IMG/VR virus record: IMGVR_UViG_3300032282_004021
Coordinates: 1 to 53,896 of that record
Source of the DNA: a virus
Lineage: Duplodnaviria > Caudoviricetes
DNA length: 53,896 nucleotides
Direction: 5' to 3' (one strand)
The notes beneath the pieces are model-generated. The model worked only from the letters and a program-made list of their open reading frames with translations, ran no database searches and was not told the origin of the DNA. The position numbers were made by a program, and so were the translations under genes. Positions 8,990 to 18,629 of the stretch are shown here, one piece after another (positions within the stretch are counted from its first letter, which is position 1; the number at the start of each line of letters is the position of its first letter).

Positions 8990-10239
8990 TGTCAAATTTT
9001 GAATTAGATAATTTTAAAATATTTTTAGCGTCAGTTAAAAAAGTTCTTTTAACAGAAAATGATTTTTTGGAATTAAAAACCAAAACCGATTATATTAAAA
9101 TATATAATGATAATAAAAATTTTGGAGAAAAAGATTCCAGATTTTTAGGTTCTATTATATTTCAGGCACATGGTTCAACTCTTAATTTAGAGAATTATGC
9201 ATTTCCTATTGATAAAAATATAATGACATTTCCAATTCAAGGTGAAAGTGTTTTAATATTAAAATATTCGGATGAATATTATTGGTTACCATATACTGTA
9301 ACACAATATCCAAATTATAGAGAAGATTATAAAACTTCCGAAGCCACAAAGGAAAGAACATTACAAAAATCAGAAAATAAAAATGATTCATATAAAAATG
9401 TACAATCTACCGGTACACCAAACAATCAAACCAATCAATCTGATTCACAAAAGAAAAAATATATTGTAAAAGAGAAAATTAAATTTCTTAAACCTAAAGA
9501 GGGCGATACAATATTACAAGGAAGAGTTGGTAATAGCATAAGACTTTCGGAATCATTTTTAGTACCCGAAGCTGATTCAAAAGATGCATCTCCTTCTATA
9601 ATAATTCGTAATCGTCAAAGTGAAGATGCGACTAATAAAAAGATTGGAGAATTGGTGGAAGAAGATATAAATAAAGATGGTTCATCAATTTATATAGTAT
9701 CTAATAAAGTAAAAATACCATATAATCATAGTACAATTAAAAAAGAAAAAATCGGATTCAAAGATTATCCAAAGGATTCGGATTTTACCGGTGATAGAAT
9801 ATTCATAAACACCGACCAAATACTCCTAGCATCAAAATCTAGAGAGTTTATCATCACGGGTAAAGGTAATACGGGTATAATAACCGATGGTAGATTTTCA
9901 GTAGATGCGGCAAAAGAAATATACCTACATAATGAAAAAGATATAACATTACATTCAAAAGGAAGTAATAAGATATTTCTTAATTCAGATAATGGTGGTA
10001 AGATTTATTTAGGTAAGAATACTGGTGAAGGTGCTGCAGGAGCAGCTGTACAAAAAATGGTATTGGGTGGGGAATTAGTAAAAATATTAGGACAACTCAT
10101 TGATGCTATAAACCAACAAGTCTATGCGACACCCGTAGGTCCTACAACTCCCGGCCCTACTAATAGAGCAGCATTTACAGCAATTAAAGGGCAACTTAAT
10201 ACGTTATTATCAGCAAGAAATTATTTAAGTAAAACATAA
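8989..10239 (+). CDS. Baseplate hub/spike protein (gp5-like)
   Basis: FPIQGESV OB-fold-like motif, EGDTILQGRVGNSIR, beta-rich stretch, VLGGEL C-terminus; upstream of gp25/gp6. Confidence 0.6.
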   Translation: MSNFELDNFKIFLASVKKVLLTENDFLELKTKTDYIKIYNDNKNFGEKDSRFLGSIIFQAHGSTLNLENYAFPIDKNIMTFPIQGESVLILKYSDEYYWLPYTVTQYPNYREDYKTSEATKERTLQKSENKNDSYKNVQSTGTPNNQTNQSDSQKKKYIVKEKIKFLKPKEGDTILQGRVGNSIRLSESFLVPEADSKDASPSIIIRNRQSEDATNKKIGELVEEDINKDGSSIYIVSNKVKIPYNHSTIKKEKIGFKDYPKDSDFTGDRIFINTDQILLASKSREFIITGKGNTGIITDGRFSVDAAKEIYLHNEKDITLHSKGSNKIFLNSDNGGKIYLGKNTGEGAAGAAVQKMVLGGELVKILGQLIDAINQQVYATPVGPTTPGPTNRAAFTAIKGQLNTLLSARNYLSKT

Positions 10240-10245
10240 CACAAT

Positions 10246-11070
10246 ATGTGGGCAAGGTATAGAATAAATGTATTAAAGGCATTTGCTTCTGGTAGATTTG
10301 CGAATGATACCGATGCCGCAGCTGAGTTTATTGCAGACCAATTTGATAAAGCAATTAAATCAGGCGGAGATTTTATATATGGAGTTCCTGTTTTAAATGC
10401 CAATAAAAAGGGGTTTGCAGATGTACTTAAAAGAGCTTTTAAAAAAGGACAACGGAGTGATGGTGAAAACTTTAATCTTCTTAAAGAGATTTGCCCATCT
10501 GCATTTGATGCATATTGGATGGGTGCAGAGATGTCACCATTTCCTAATCCTCTAATAAAACCGCTTGGGTGGGTTATGACTCCACCATCGCCGGGAGCAG
10601 TTATGAATATTTCTCCTAATCCAATATCACTTGCACAATCAGCAGCAACAAATAAAATACTGGCAGCTGCAGCATTGGTGGTATTGAAAGCATTAGAAAC
10701 TATTGAACTTGAAGATACGGAATGTGGTAAATTTAAACCATTTGAAGTAGCTACAAAATTAAGTAAAGGTAAGAAGGTACCTACTCATTTGGCAAAACTA
10801 CCAGCCGTTATTGCAGCAAAAGAAGCAATATCTTTATATAAAGTTTTAAAAGACCGGAAACCATCTATAGGTCCGCAATTCAAACCATCTATTAAGATTC
10901 CATTTCCTCCACTTCCAAAACGAAAAGATATTATTAAAAAATTAACTGACAAATTAAAAGAGGAAGCCAAAAAAGAATTAAAGAAGCAATTGGAAGAAAC
11001 AGCAAAAGAATTTGTTATAACTGCTATAACTACTGAATTTATGACAAAACTACAAAACCATAATAAATAA
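10246..11070 (+). CDS. Hypothetical virion-module protein
   Basis: ORF in the baseplate operon; Pro-rich. Confidence 0.65.
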   Translation: MWARYRINVLKAFASGRFANDTDAAAEFIADQFDKAIKSGGDFIYGVPVLNANKKGFADVLKRAFKKGQRSDGENFNLLKEICPSAFDAYWMGAEMSPFPNPLIKPLGWVMTPPSPGAVMNISPNPISLAQSAATNKILAAAALVVLKALETIELEDTECGKFKPFEVATKLSKGKKVPTHLAKLPAVIAAKEAISLYKVLKDRKPSIGPQFKPSIKIPFPPLPKRKDIIKKLTDKLKEEAKKELKKQLEETAKEFVITAITTEFMTKLQNHNK

Positions 11071-11072
11071 AA

Positions 11073-11804
11073 ATGGTTAATCAACTTAACATAAGTGAAG
11101 ATGTTGTAAAACAATATATAAAAGATAAGTTGGATGGTAAAAGCCCTACATCACCATTTCCTGCAGATTTTCAAGAACCTAATATACCTACAAAAGAAGA
11201 ATTTGACCAAAAAGTAAAAGCAAAAATACCAAGTGATGCTGAAATAGATAATTTAGTAGCTCAAAAAATAATGGGGAAAATTCCATTTGTACCAAATATA
11301 CATTTCATAGCACCAAGTCTTAAATTTAATTCAAAAACAAATATATTAATTGACCCGTTCATAAATTTTGCTAAAATACATTTATTAAGTAGAGGTGGGA
11401 CTATGATGGTAATGGCACAATACCCACCACCGGCACCACCTGCTCCGGGTATTTTAATGTGGCAAGGTTATAATGTTAGAAACGGGCCACCAATACCACC
11501 AATGCTTCCGAAGTTTGGTATACCAATGGGTTTAGGTAAATTTCTTAACCCAGAAAAGGGTGCTAAATTGCCGGAAGATGCGCAAAAAGAATTAGAAGAT
11601 AAATTAAATCCACCACAACCAATTACAATAGGAAACGTAACATTACTACCTACAACAGGTCTTATTTTGCCAACAACTCTATCAGGCGCGAGAATTGTTA
11701 ATATACCCTTACCAAGTAATACTAATACGATTTCTATAACAGGTGGACAAACTATAAACGATAAAACAAACGCACAAAACAATATTAATAACAATAAGTG
11801 CTAA
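11073..11804 (+). CDS. Pro-rich hypothetical virion-module protein
   Basis: YPPPAPPAPGILMWQGY. Confidence 0.65.
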   Translation: MVNQLNISEDVVKQYIKDKLDGKSPTSPFPADFQEPNIPTKEEFDQKVKAKIPSDAEIDNLVAQKIMGKIPFVPNIHFIAPSLKFNSKTNILIDPFINFAKIHLLSRGGTMMVMAQYPPPAPPAPGILMWQGYNVRNGPPIPPMLPKFGIPMGLGKFLNPEKGAKLPEDAQKELEDKLNPPQPITIGNVTLLPTTGLILPTTLSGARIVNIPLPSNTNTISITGGQTINDKTNAQNNINNNKC

Positions 11805-11836
11805 TATTTATTAAATTTTAACTTTCGATATTTATT
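11804..11836 (+). promoter_or_regulatory. Tandem late promoter-like motifs
   Basis: ATATTTATT at 11804 and 11828. Confidence 0.5.
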
Positions 11837-11849
11837 AAAAAGTATATTT

Positions 11850-12341
11850 ATGAAATCAGATATTTTATTGACACTGATTAAGGAGGTTGTTAAGAACGAA
11901 GTAAAACAACAAGTAAAAGAAGAAATCGCCAAATTGATTAAATCTGGCCGTATAACTTTAAACAATTCAACCGGAACATCCGTTAAAAAGATGATACCCG
12001 TTAGTGAATCATTCAAACCAAAACAATCAGTTACAAAAACAGAGCAACCACAATTTAAACAACCTGTAAAGCAAATTACAAAGAATCCAATGATAAATGA
12101 GATTCTAAACCAAACTACACCATTCAGTGCATCCGAAAGAGTAGAGGGTGGAGCAACAGGAGGGAGCATATTAGATGCTATACAACCAAACGTATCAATG
12201 GAAGGTGATTGGGAAACGATGGATTATAGAGGAACTGAGATACCTCAACAGCAAATCCCTACAGCAGATAATGCTGGTGTTGATGCATTAACAAAAGCAT
12301 TGAGCAGAGATTATAGTGAATTAGTAAAAAGATTTAAGTAA
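11850..12341 (+). CDS. Hypothetical protein
   Basis: LIKE/VKEE/INE motifs, RDYSELVK C-terminus; translationally coupled to gp25. Confidence 0.7.
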   Translation: MKSDILLTLIKEVVKNEVKQQVKEEIAKLIKSGRITLNNSTGTSVKKMIPVSESFKPKQSVTKTEQPQFKQPVKQITKNPMINEILNQTTPFSASERVEGGATGGSILDAIQPNVSMEGDWETMDYRGTEIPQQQIPTADNAGVDALTKALSRDYSELVKRFK

Positions 12342-12778
12342 TGGCCATAAATTTAGGTAGGGTTAATGTAACCGATTTAGAAGAAAATGCTTATAAAATT
12401 TTAGGCATAGGAATAAATCAATCATCTAATACAGGTGGTGCTTTTAGTGTGAATTATACTACTATCCAACAAGCCAAAAACAATTTAATAAATTTAGTTC
12501 TTACTAAAAAAGGTGAAAGAGTAGCACAGCCTGATTTTGGTTGTGATATATGGAAATTACTATTTGAACAAATTGTAGAAGATGAGATTGATTCTAGAGT
12601 TGAACAAACGATAATGGATGCCGTTTCAGTATGGCTTCCTTATATTGAAATCACTCAAATCTTTTTGGAATATGATGAAAACGATATAGACAGGAACGGA
12701 TTTACTGTTGAAATTAATTTTGCTCTTAAATCTAATCCGAATATAAGAGATAATATAACCGTAAATGTAAACGCATAA
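12341..12778 (+). CDS. Baseplate wedge subunit, gp25-like
   Basis: NLINLVLTKKGERVAQPDFGCDIWKLLFE, WLPYI. Confidence 0.9.
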   Translation: MAINLGRVNVTDLEENAYKILGIGINQSSNTGGAFSVNYTTIQQAKNNLINLVLTKKGERVAQPDFGCDIWKLLFEQIVEDEIDSRVEQTIMDAVSVWLPYIEITQIFLEYDENDIDRNGFTVEINFALKSNPNIRDNITVNVNA

Positions 12779-14799
12779 TGGCAATAAAGAGTAATAAAAA
12801 AAATTGGGGAAATAATAAAACAATAAATTATGTTGGTAAAGACTTTGGCCAGCTAAGACAAAATCTTATTGATTTTACTAAATCATATTTTCCAAACGTA
12901 TATTCGGATTTTAATGAGGCCTCACCTGGTATGGTCTTCGTTGAAATGGCAGCATATGTGGGCGATGTGTTATCTTTTTACCAAGATACACAATTAAAAG
13001 AATCTCTATTGATGCATGCAACTGAAAGAAAGAATTTAGTTGCATTAGCACAAGCTATGGGATATAAACCAAAAATCTCAACACCTGCGGTAACAAACTT
13101 AACTGTTTATCAGCTTGTTCCTGCCAAAACGGTAGGGTCAACTACAGAACCAGATGAATCGTATTATCTTAAAATAAAAGATGGATTGGAAGTATCTGCT
13201 ACATCTAATTCAAATATAGTTTTTAGAAGTGTAGAAAGTGTAGATTTTGCAAATCCTAATAATAGAGAAACGTCCGTTTATAGTAGAGATACCACAACAG
13301 GTCAACCAACATTTTATTTAATTACAAAAAGAGTAAAAGCAATATCCGGAAGACAAGTAGAAACTACGGTAACTGTATCTAATGCATCAAAAGAATATCC
13401 AACTATTAGTTTAGGAGATAAAAATTTTATTGAAATAATATCAATAACCGATACTAACACAAATGAGAGGTGGTACGAAGTTCCGTATTTGGCACAAGAA
13501 AGTATATTTATAGAAAAGCCAAATACAAATGCCAATGGACAAGTTTCCGAATATGTAGCAGAGGTTCCTTATATTCTTGAGGTTCAAAAAGTTCCAAAAA
13601 GATTTTCAACAAAAGTAAATTCTGATAACACAATAGAAATTCAATTTGGTAGTGGTGATTCTAATTTGGATGATGATATAATTCTACCTAATACAAAAAA
13701 TGTAGGATTAGGAACAACAAATGCAATTAAAAGATTAAACTCATCAATTGACCCATCTAATTTTCTTAAAACAGGAACATTTGGTATAACTCCGGCCGGC
13801 CAAACATTAAATATAAAATACCTAATCGGTGGCGGCGTTGAATCTAATATTAATACATCTGATTTAACAAATATAACTCGTATAGAATTTGAAGAAGATT
13901 TGATGTCGGTTGCAAACCCAGCTACTTATAATGCAACAAAATCATCAGTAGCTGTGGAGAACCTTGAACCGGCGATTGGTGGTAGGGGCTCGGAACCAAT
14001 AGAAGAAATTAGGCAAAATGCATTAGCAACGTTTGGTTCACAAAATCGTGCAGTAACTAGACAAGATTATATTGTTCGTGCATTAAGTATGCCTGAAAGA
14101 TATGGTAGCGTAGCAAAAGTTCACGTATCAGCTGATATGGAAGCAGATAATGCAACAGCCGATTCCATTCTATCAAATCCAAAGGTTCTTACTGAATTTA
14201 CAAATTTGGTAGATAGGATTAAAGAATTAGATAGAGGACAAATTCAACTAGAATTGAGCAAATTTATAAAAGAAAAAAAATCAAATGTAAATCAAACAAA
14301 TAATCCATTTGCAATTAATATGTATATTTTATCATATGATAGTAATAAAAAATTAACTATGGCAAATGATGCATTAAAAGAAAATATTAAAACATACCTA
14401 TCAGAGCATAGAATGATTACCGATGCTGTTAATATAATTAATGGATTTATTGTTAATGTTGGTTGTGATTTTGATATAATGGTTTATTCAAATTATAATA
14501 AAAGAGAAGTTCTTGCTAATTGTTTAGTAGAAATTCAAAATTATTTTAATATAGATAATTGGACATTTAATAAACCAATAAATCTTTCAGAAATAGAATT
14601 AATATTAGCAAATGTGGAAGGAGTAATGAGTGTTTCAAAAGTTGAAATAACTAATCTATGTGGTGGTGATGGTAATTATTCACCAAATCGTTACAATATA
14701 CAATCAGCAACGGTTGGTAAAATAATTTATCCTTCTTTAGACCCTTGCGTTTTTGAAGTTAAATATCCAAATAAAGACATAAAAGGACGAGCACTATAA
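12778..14799 (+). CDS. Baseplate wedge protein, gp6/baseplate J-like
   Basis: DFNEASPGMVFVEMAAYVGDVLSFYQD, IQFGSG, QNRAVTRQDY. Confidence 0.9.
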   Translation: MAIKSNKKNWGNNKTINYVGKDFGQLRQNLIDFTKSYFPNVYSDFNEASPGMVFVEMAAYVGDVLSFYQDTQLKESLLMHATERKNLVALAQAMGYKPKISTPAVTNLTVYQLVPAKTVGSTTEPDESYYLKIKDGLEVSATSNSNIVFRSVESVDFANPNNRETSVYSRDTTTGQPTFYLITKRVKAISGRQVETTVTVSNASKEYPTISLGDKNFIEIISITDTNTNERWYEVPYLAQESIFIEKPNTNANGQVSEYVAEVPYILEVQKVPKRFSTKVNSDNTIEIQFGSGDSNLDDDIILPNTKNVGLGTTNAIKRLNSSIDPSNFLKTGTFGITPAGQTLNIKYLIGGGVESNINTSDLTNITRIEFEEDLMSVANPATYNATKSSVAVENLEPAIGGRGSEPIEEIRQNALATFGSQNRAVTRQDYIVRALSMPERYGSVAKVHVSADMEADNATADSILSNPKVLTEFTNLVDRIKELDRGQIQLELSKFIKEKKSNVNQTNNPFAINMYILSYDSNKKLTMANDALKENIKTYLSEHRMITDAVNIINGFIVNVGCDFDIMVYSNYNKREVLANCLVEIQNYFNIDNWTFNKPINLSEIELILANVEGVMSVSKVEITNLCGGDGNYSPNRYNIQSATVGKIIYPSLDPCVFEVKYPNKDIKGRAL

Positions 14800-14815
14800 A
14801 AAATATTAAACAATA

Positions 14816-15925
14816 ATGCATAAATTTTATACATCAAAATACGATGCTTCGGTATATCTACAACAGCCAACACAAAATGCTGGTCGAGATCCTATTTTAG
14901 AAATTGGAAAAATATATTATGGAGAACTAAGAGATGTTTATAGAACTCTAATTAAGTTTGATATTACAAATCTTTCCGCGTCAATTGCTTCAGGTGAAAT
15001 AACCGGTGATTGGGATGTGTATCTAAACCTTAAATCTACCAAATCCGAAGGATTGCCATTAGATTATACAATATATTGTAATGCGGTATCAGAAAGTTGG
15101 GATATGGGACAATTCTCCAAATTCCAAAACATGTCAGCCAGCCTCAATCTATCAGCTAGTGTTCAACAGGGTGTTAGTTGGAGATATCGTGATGGTGTAA
15201 ACAAATGGCAAGAAAACACCGTTGGTGGTAGTGCTGTTTACGCACTCAATGTAACGGGTTCAGCAAATGCGGAAGGCGGAGTATGGTATACGGCATCCGA
15301 AGCATCTCAAACATTTTCATATGAGCCGGATGATATTCGTATGAATGTTACAGATATTTTAAATATGTGGTTGAATGGCTCCGTTGTAAATAATGGATTT
15401 ATTTTAAGACATGGTTTGAATAATGAAATTGATTCATTAGATTATGGTGTATTAAGATTTTATTCAAAAGAAACCGGAACAATATACGAACCAACATTAG
15501 AAGTAGTTTGGGATGATAGTACATTTAATACGGGCAGTCTTTTACCTGTGGTAGGTGAGGCCTCCGAAGATTTTAAAATTTTACTAACAAATCTTAAATC
15601 AAAATATTTTAAAGATTCAAAAGTTAAAATAAGAGTAAAGGGACGTGATATGTACCCTGCAAAAAGCTTTGGTACAACATTTGCTTACGACCAATCAAAA
15701 TATCTTCCAGCAACTACTTATTATCAGTTGGAAGATTACATAACAGGTGAACCATATTTTCCATTTGGAGAATATACGAAGATAAGTTGTGATTCGACAA
15801 GTAATTATTTTTATTTAGATTTAAGTACACTTCCAATTGGAAGATTTTATAAATTAAAATTAAAAATAGTTAAATCAGGAACAACAACATTGGTAGATAA
15901 CAACTATATATTTGAAATAGTATAA
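14816..15925 (+). CDS. Virion structural protein
   Basis: RTLIKFD, NNGFILR, FYSKET..YEPTL beta-sandwich pattern; baseplate context. Confidence 0.65.
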   Translation: MHKFYTSKYDASVYLQQPTQNAGRDPILEIGKIYYGELRDVYRTLIKFDITNLSASIASGEITGDWDVYLNLKSTKSEGLPLDYTIYCNAVSESWDMGQFSKFQNMSASLNLSASVQQGVSWRYRDGVNKWQENTVGGSAVYALNVTGSANAEGGVWYTASEASQTFSYEPDDIRMNVTDILNMWLNGSVVNNGFILRHGLNNEIDSLDYGVLRFYSKETGTIYEPTLEVVWDDSTFNTGSLLPVVGEASEDFKILLTNLKSKYFKDSKVKIRVKGRDMYPAKSFGTTFAYDQSKYLPATTYYQLEDYITGEPYFPFGEYTKISCDSTSNYFYLDLSTLPIGRFYKLKLKIVKSGTTTLVDNNYIFEIV

Positions 15926-17037
15926 TGAAAGTACAAACATCATTAGAATCAATTGCCCAAAAACTGGAACAAAAAAAGAGTGAAGAACTTGAAGATATTC
16001 TAATGCGTTCAGGTTCGATGGCATCCAAAAAGAACGATTATGGTATAACCATAGTTGATGATGTGGATAGTGCATCTTCATTAGTATTCAAATCAATCAA
16101 TAGACCTAAGTTAGATAAAGATGAAATAACAAAGGCAATTGATATAGAGATAAAAGAATTAAAACCAAACATACCAACTGTAAGGAGAGATTTGGTTCCA
16201 AAACCACTTTATGATGAGCAAGTGGTATTAGTGGCTGATTTGTCAAATCAAGTTAGACAACTCAATGAACAAATATCGGATTTGAATTCACAAATAAGTT
16301 CTTTAGAAGCTCAGGTGGAAACGGAAGTAAATAACCGATTAACTATTGAGCAAACAAACGATGCTCTCTCTAATCAACTGGCATCACTCTCAAAAACGAT
16401 TGAAGACTTTGCAAATCAAATACAATCTGCAATTCAAAAGTCGGTAGAGGAATCTATTCTTCGTGCATCTTTACAATCTCAAAACGCTGGGTTCAGAGTT
16501 CAGGTTGAAGCGCTTATTAAACAAATAGATTCATTAAACTCAATTATTGAAGGATTGCAAGCACAACTTGGCGCAGTTCAACAGCAACAAGCTATTCAGC
16601 AATCCACAACTAATTTGGCAGCGGCTACGGGTGGTACTGTAATGAACAGTGTTGTAATTGTTGATTTTAATCCTCCGGGGCCGAAAACTGAACCCAAAAT
16701 CCACGCGACTTGGGCGAATGGTAGTGGTCATGAATGGAGATGGGATAGAGGTAGTTCAATTAAGTTTACAAATAATGATAAACAACCGGTTGAAATACAA
16801 TTAGAGCACACTATGAATGAAGGGTATTTCTTTAAGTTTCCAAAAACACAATTTACTATACAGGGTGGTGAATCCGAAGATATTGAATTACAATTTGAAT
16901 ATGCATTGCCTTATGATTTTAAAGGCCATAGTCAGGATCGTAATGGTGCATTGGTGATATCTGTAAAAAGATATGATGGGTCTGTAGATACTAAGAAGTT
17001 CCTAACAAGATGTCGTGAACAATATAAAGAGCTATAA
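15925..17037 (+). CDS. Coiled-coil protein with beta-sandwich C-terminus
   Basis: Heptad region at about aa 95-225, then a beta-rich domain. Confidence 0.7.
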   Translation: MKVQTSLESIAQKLEQKKSEELEDILMRSGSMASKKNDYGITIVDDVDSASSLVFKSINRPKLDKDEITKAIDIEIKELKPNIPTVRRDLVPKPLYDEQVVLVADLSNQVRQLNEQISDLNSQISSLEAQVETEVNNRLTIEQTNDALSNQLASLSKTIEDFANQIQSAIQKSVEESILRASLQSQNAGFRVQVEALIKQIDSLNSIIEGLQAQLGAVQQQQAIQQSTTNLAAATGGTVMNSVVIVDFNPPGPKTEPKIHATWANGSGHEWRWDRGSSIKFTNNDKQPVEIQLEHTMNEGYFFKFPKTQFTIQGGESEDIELQFEYALPYDFKGHSQDRNGALVISVKRYDGSVDTKKFLTRCREQYKEL

Positions 17038-17050
17038 TAGATAGAAAAAT

Positions 17051-18577
17051 ATGAGTATTAAAAAATATACGAACTTTGAGAAGATAAATCAAAAAACGGA
17101 CAATGAAGGCAAATTCATTCAGGATAAGGATTTATTTATCGTTTCCAAGTCAGAAATAGAAGATTCTGATTTTGGAGATTGTAAGTATGATGTTATGGAA
17201 GTATCTGTTTATGATATTAATAATAATCTTCTTCCGCAAAAATCAGGTGAAACCGTTGCATATATAAAAAGTGGTGAAATAAAAGAATATGTATATAATG
17301 TAACTAATACTCGTGGGAAAAAAGAAGTTGCTATTGATGTTGAAAAACTACTTAGTGATTTAGGATTTACAAATGGAATATTACGTGTTAATTTTAATTT
17401 TATTCGTAATAGAGTTGGTAGTGAAAATGAAATTCGTAGAGCTTGGATTCAAGAAATATCAGCAACTCGTAATGAAATCCGAATAATTCCACTTAAAACT
17501 ACCAATGAATTTATAAATGATCAAAACGCAAAGGATTTAGATAATCTTTCTAATCTGAATAGGGATTTTAAATATTATAGAAAATCAATATTGGATTCTC
17601 TTTATTCATTTGAAGGAATTTTTATGGATAAAATAAAATCAAGTTTAGAATCAAAATATGGTAAAGATTATTTCAATTTAATTCGTAAGGATTTTGGATT
17701 AAGGGATTTTGATAAATTAGCAACAACAATATACGAACAATACAGGGATTCGGTAACATATTATCTTACAAATCGTAATTACGATATAACTAGTTCAGCT
17801 TTTGGACTTCAATCGGGAATTCGTTTTGAAGATTGTGACCAGTATGATTTTGACCCGATGGTTAATGAAATGGAAAATATTTTAAGAAATGTTATTGAAG
17901 TAAATACATCATTTCTTAAAAGACGTGATTTTCGTGTTGAAGAAACACCAGAGGAATTTAAAGCAGTTGAACAATCTAAACAAATTCAAAATAATTTGGA
18001 TTCATTCCAAACTGCACGGGTTGATGTATTAACGACATTCCCTACTATTTTACCAACACCAACACCAATGCCACCGCAAATTCAAGTACCTAATGCTGTT
18101 GGCCATTTTCATTATACACTTAAAAATAATAAAAATAATGGTTCTCTAACATTTACATTTATAGATGTAAGTGGACAAAAAGTTGAAAAGAAAGTCGCAT
18201 CAGGTCAATCGTTTACAGTTTGTGCAAAAGAAGGAACGGTTTCAACTACGGCAGGATTATCAAATCGTAGTAAATTAGCAAATGGATTGATAACTGCCGA
18301 TGATGTTAAAGCTGGTAGGGTTCCGAAACGTGAATGGAATATAACAAAAGGAAAAGTATGTCAAACTATTGATACGAGAGATATAGCACCTATGCCTGTG
18401 TCGGATTTGATACCGGAAAGGGGAGCATTACCTACTAAATCAACAAAAACAAATATTGAAATTCAACCAAATACAAATACTTCCACAAATACAACAGCTG
18501 CTAGAGGAACATCTAGAGCACTAGTAAATAGAGGCGATACCACATCACCAATAAATTCTTTAGATACTGGGATGTGA
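17051..18577 (+). CDS. Putative virion protein
   Basis: WIQEISATRNEIRI motif; Pro/Thr linker and variable C-terminus. Confidence 0.65.
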   Translation: MSIKKYTNFEKINQKTDNEGKFIQDKDLFIVSKSEIEDSDFGDCKYDVMEVSVYDINNNLLPQKSGETVAYIKSGEIKEYVYNVTNTRGKKEVAIDVEKLLSDLGFTNGILRVNFNFIRNRVGSENEIRRAWIQEISATRNEIRIIPLKTTNEFINDQNAKDLDNLSNLNRDFKYYRKSILDSLYSFEGIFMDKIKSSLESKYGKDYFNLIRKDFGLRDFDKLATTIYEQYRDSVTYYLTNRNYDITSSAFGLQSGIRFEDCDQYDFDPMVNEMENILRNVIEVNTSFLKRRDFRVEETPEEFKAVEQSKQIQNNLDSFQTARVDVLTTFPTILPTPTPMPPQIQVPNAVGHFHYTLKNNKNNGSLTFTFIDVSGQKVEKKVASGQSFTVCAKEGTVSTTAGLSNRSKLANGLITADDVKAGRVPKREWNITKGKVCQTIDTRDIAPMPVSDLIPERGALPTKSTKTNIEIQPNTNTSTNTTAARGTSRALVNRGDTTSPINSLDTGM

Positions 18578-18608
18578 GTGTTAGTAAATTGATTTATTAT
18601 TAAATAAA

Positions 18609-18617
18609 ATATTTATA
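18609..18617 (+). promoter_or_regulatory. Putative late promoter
   Basis: ATATTTATA upstream of 18630. Confidence 0.6.
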
Positions 18618-18629
18618 TAAAACCAATAG

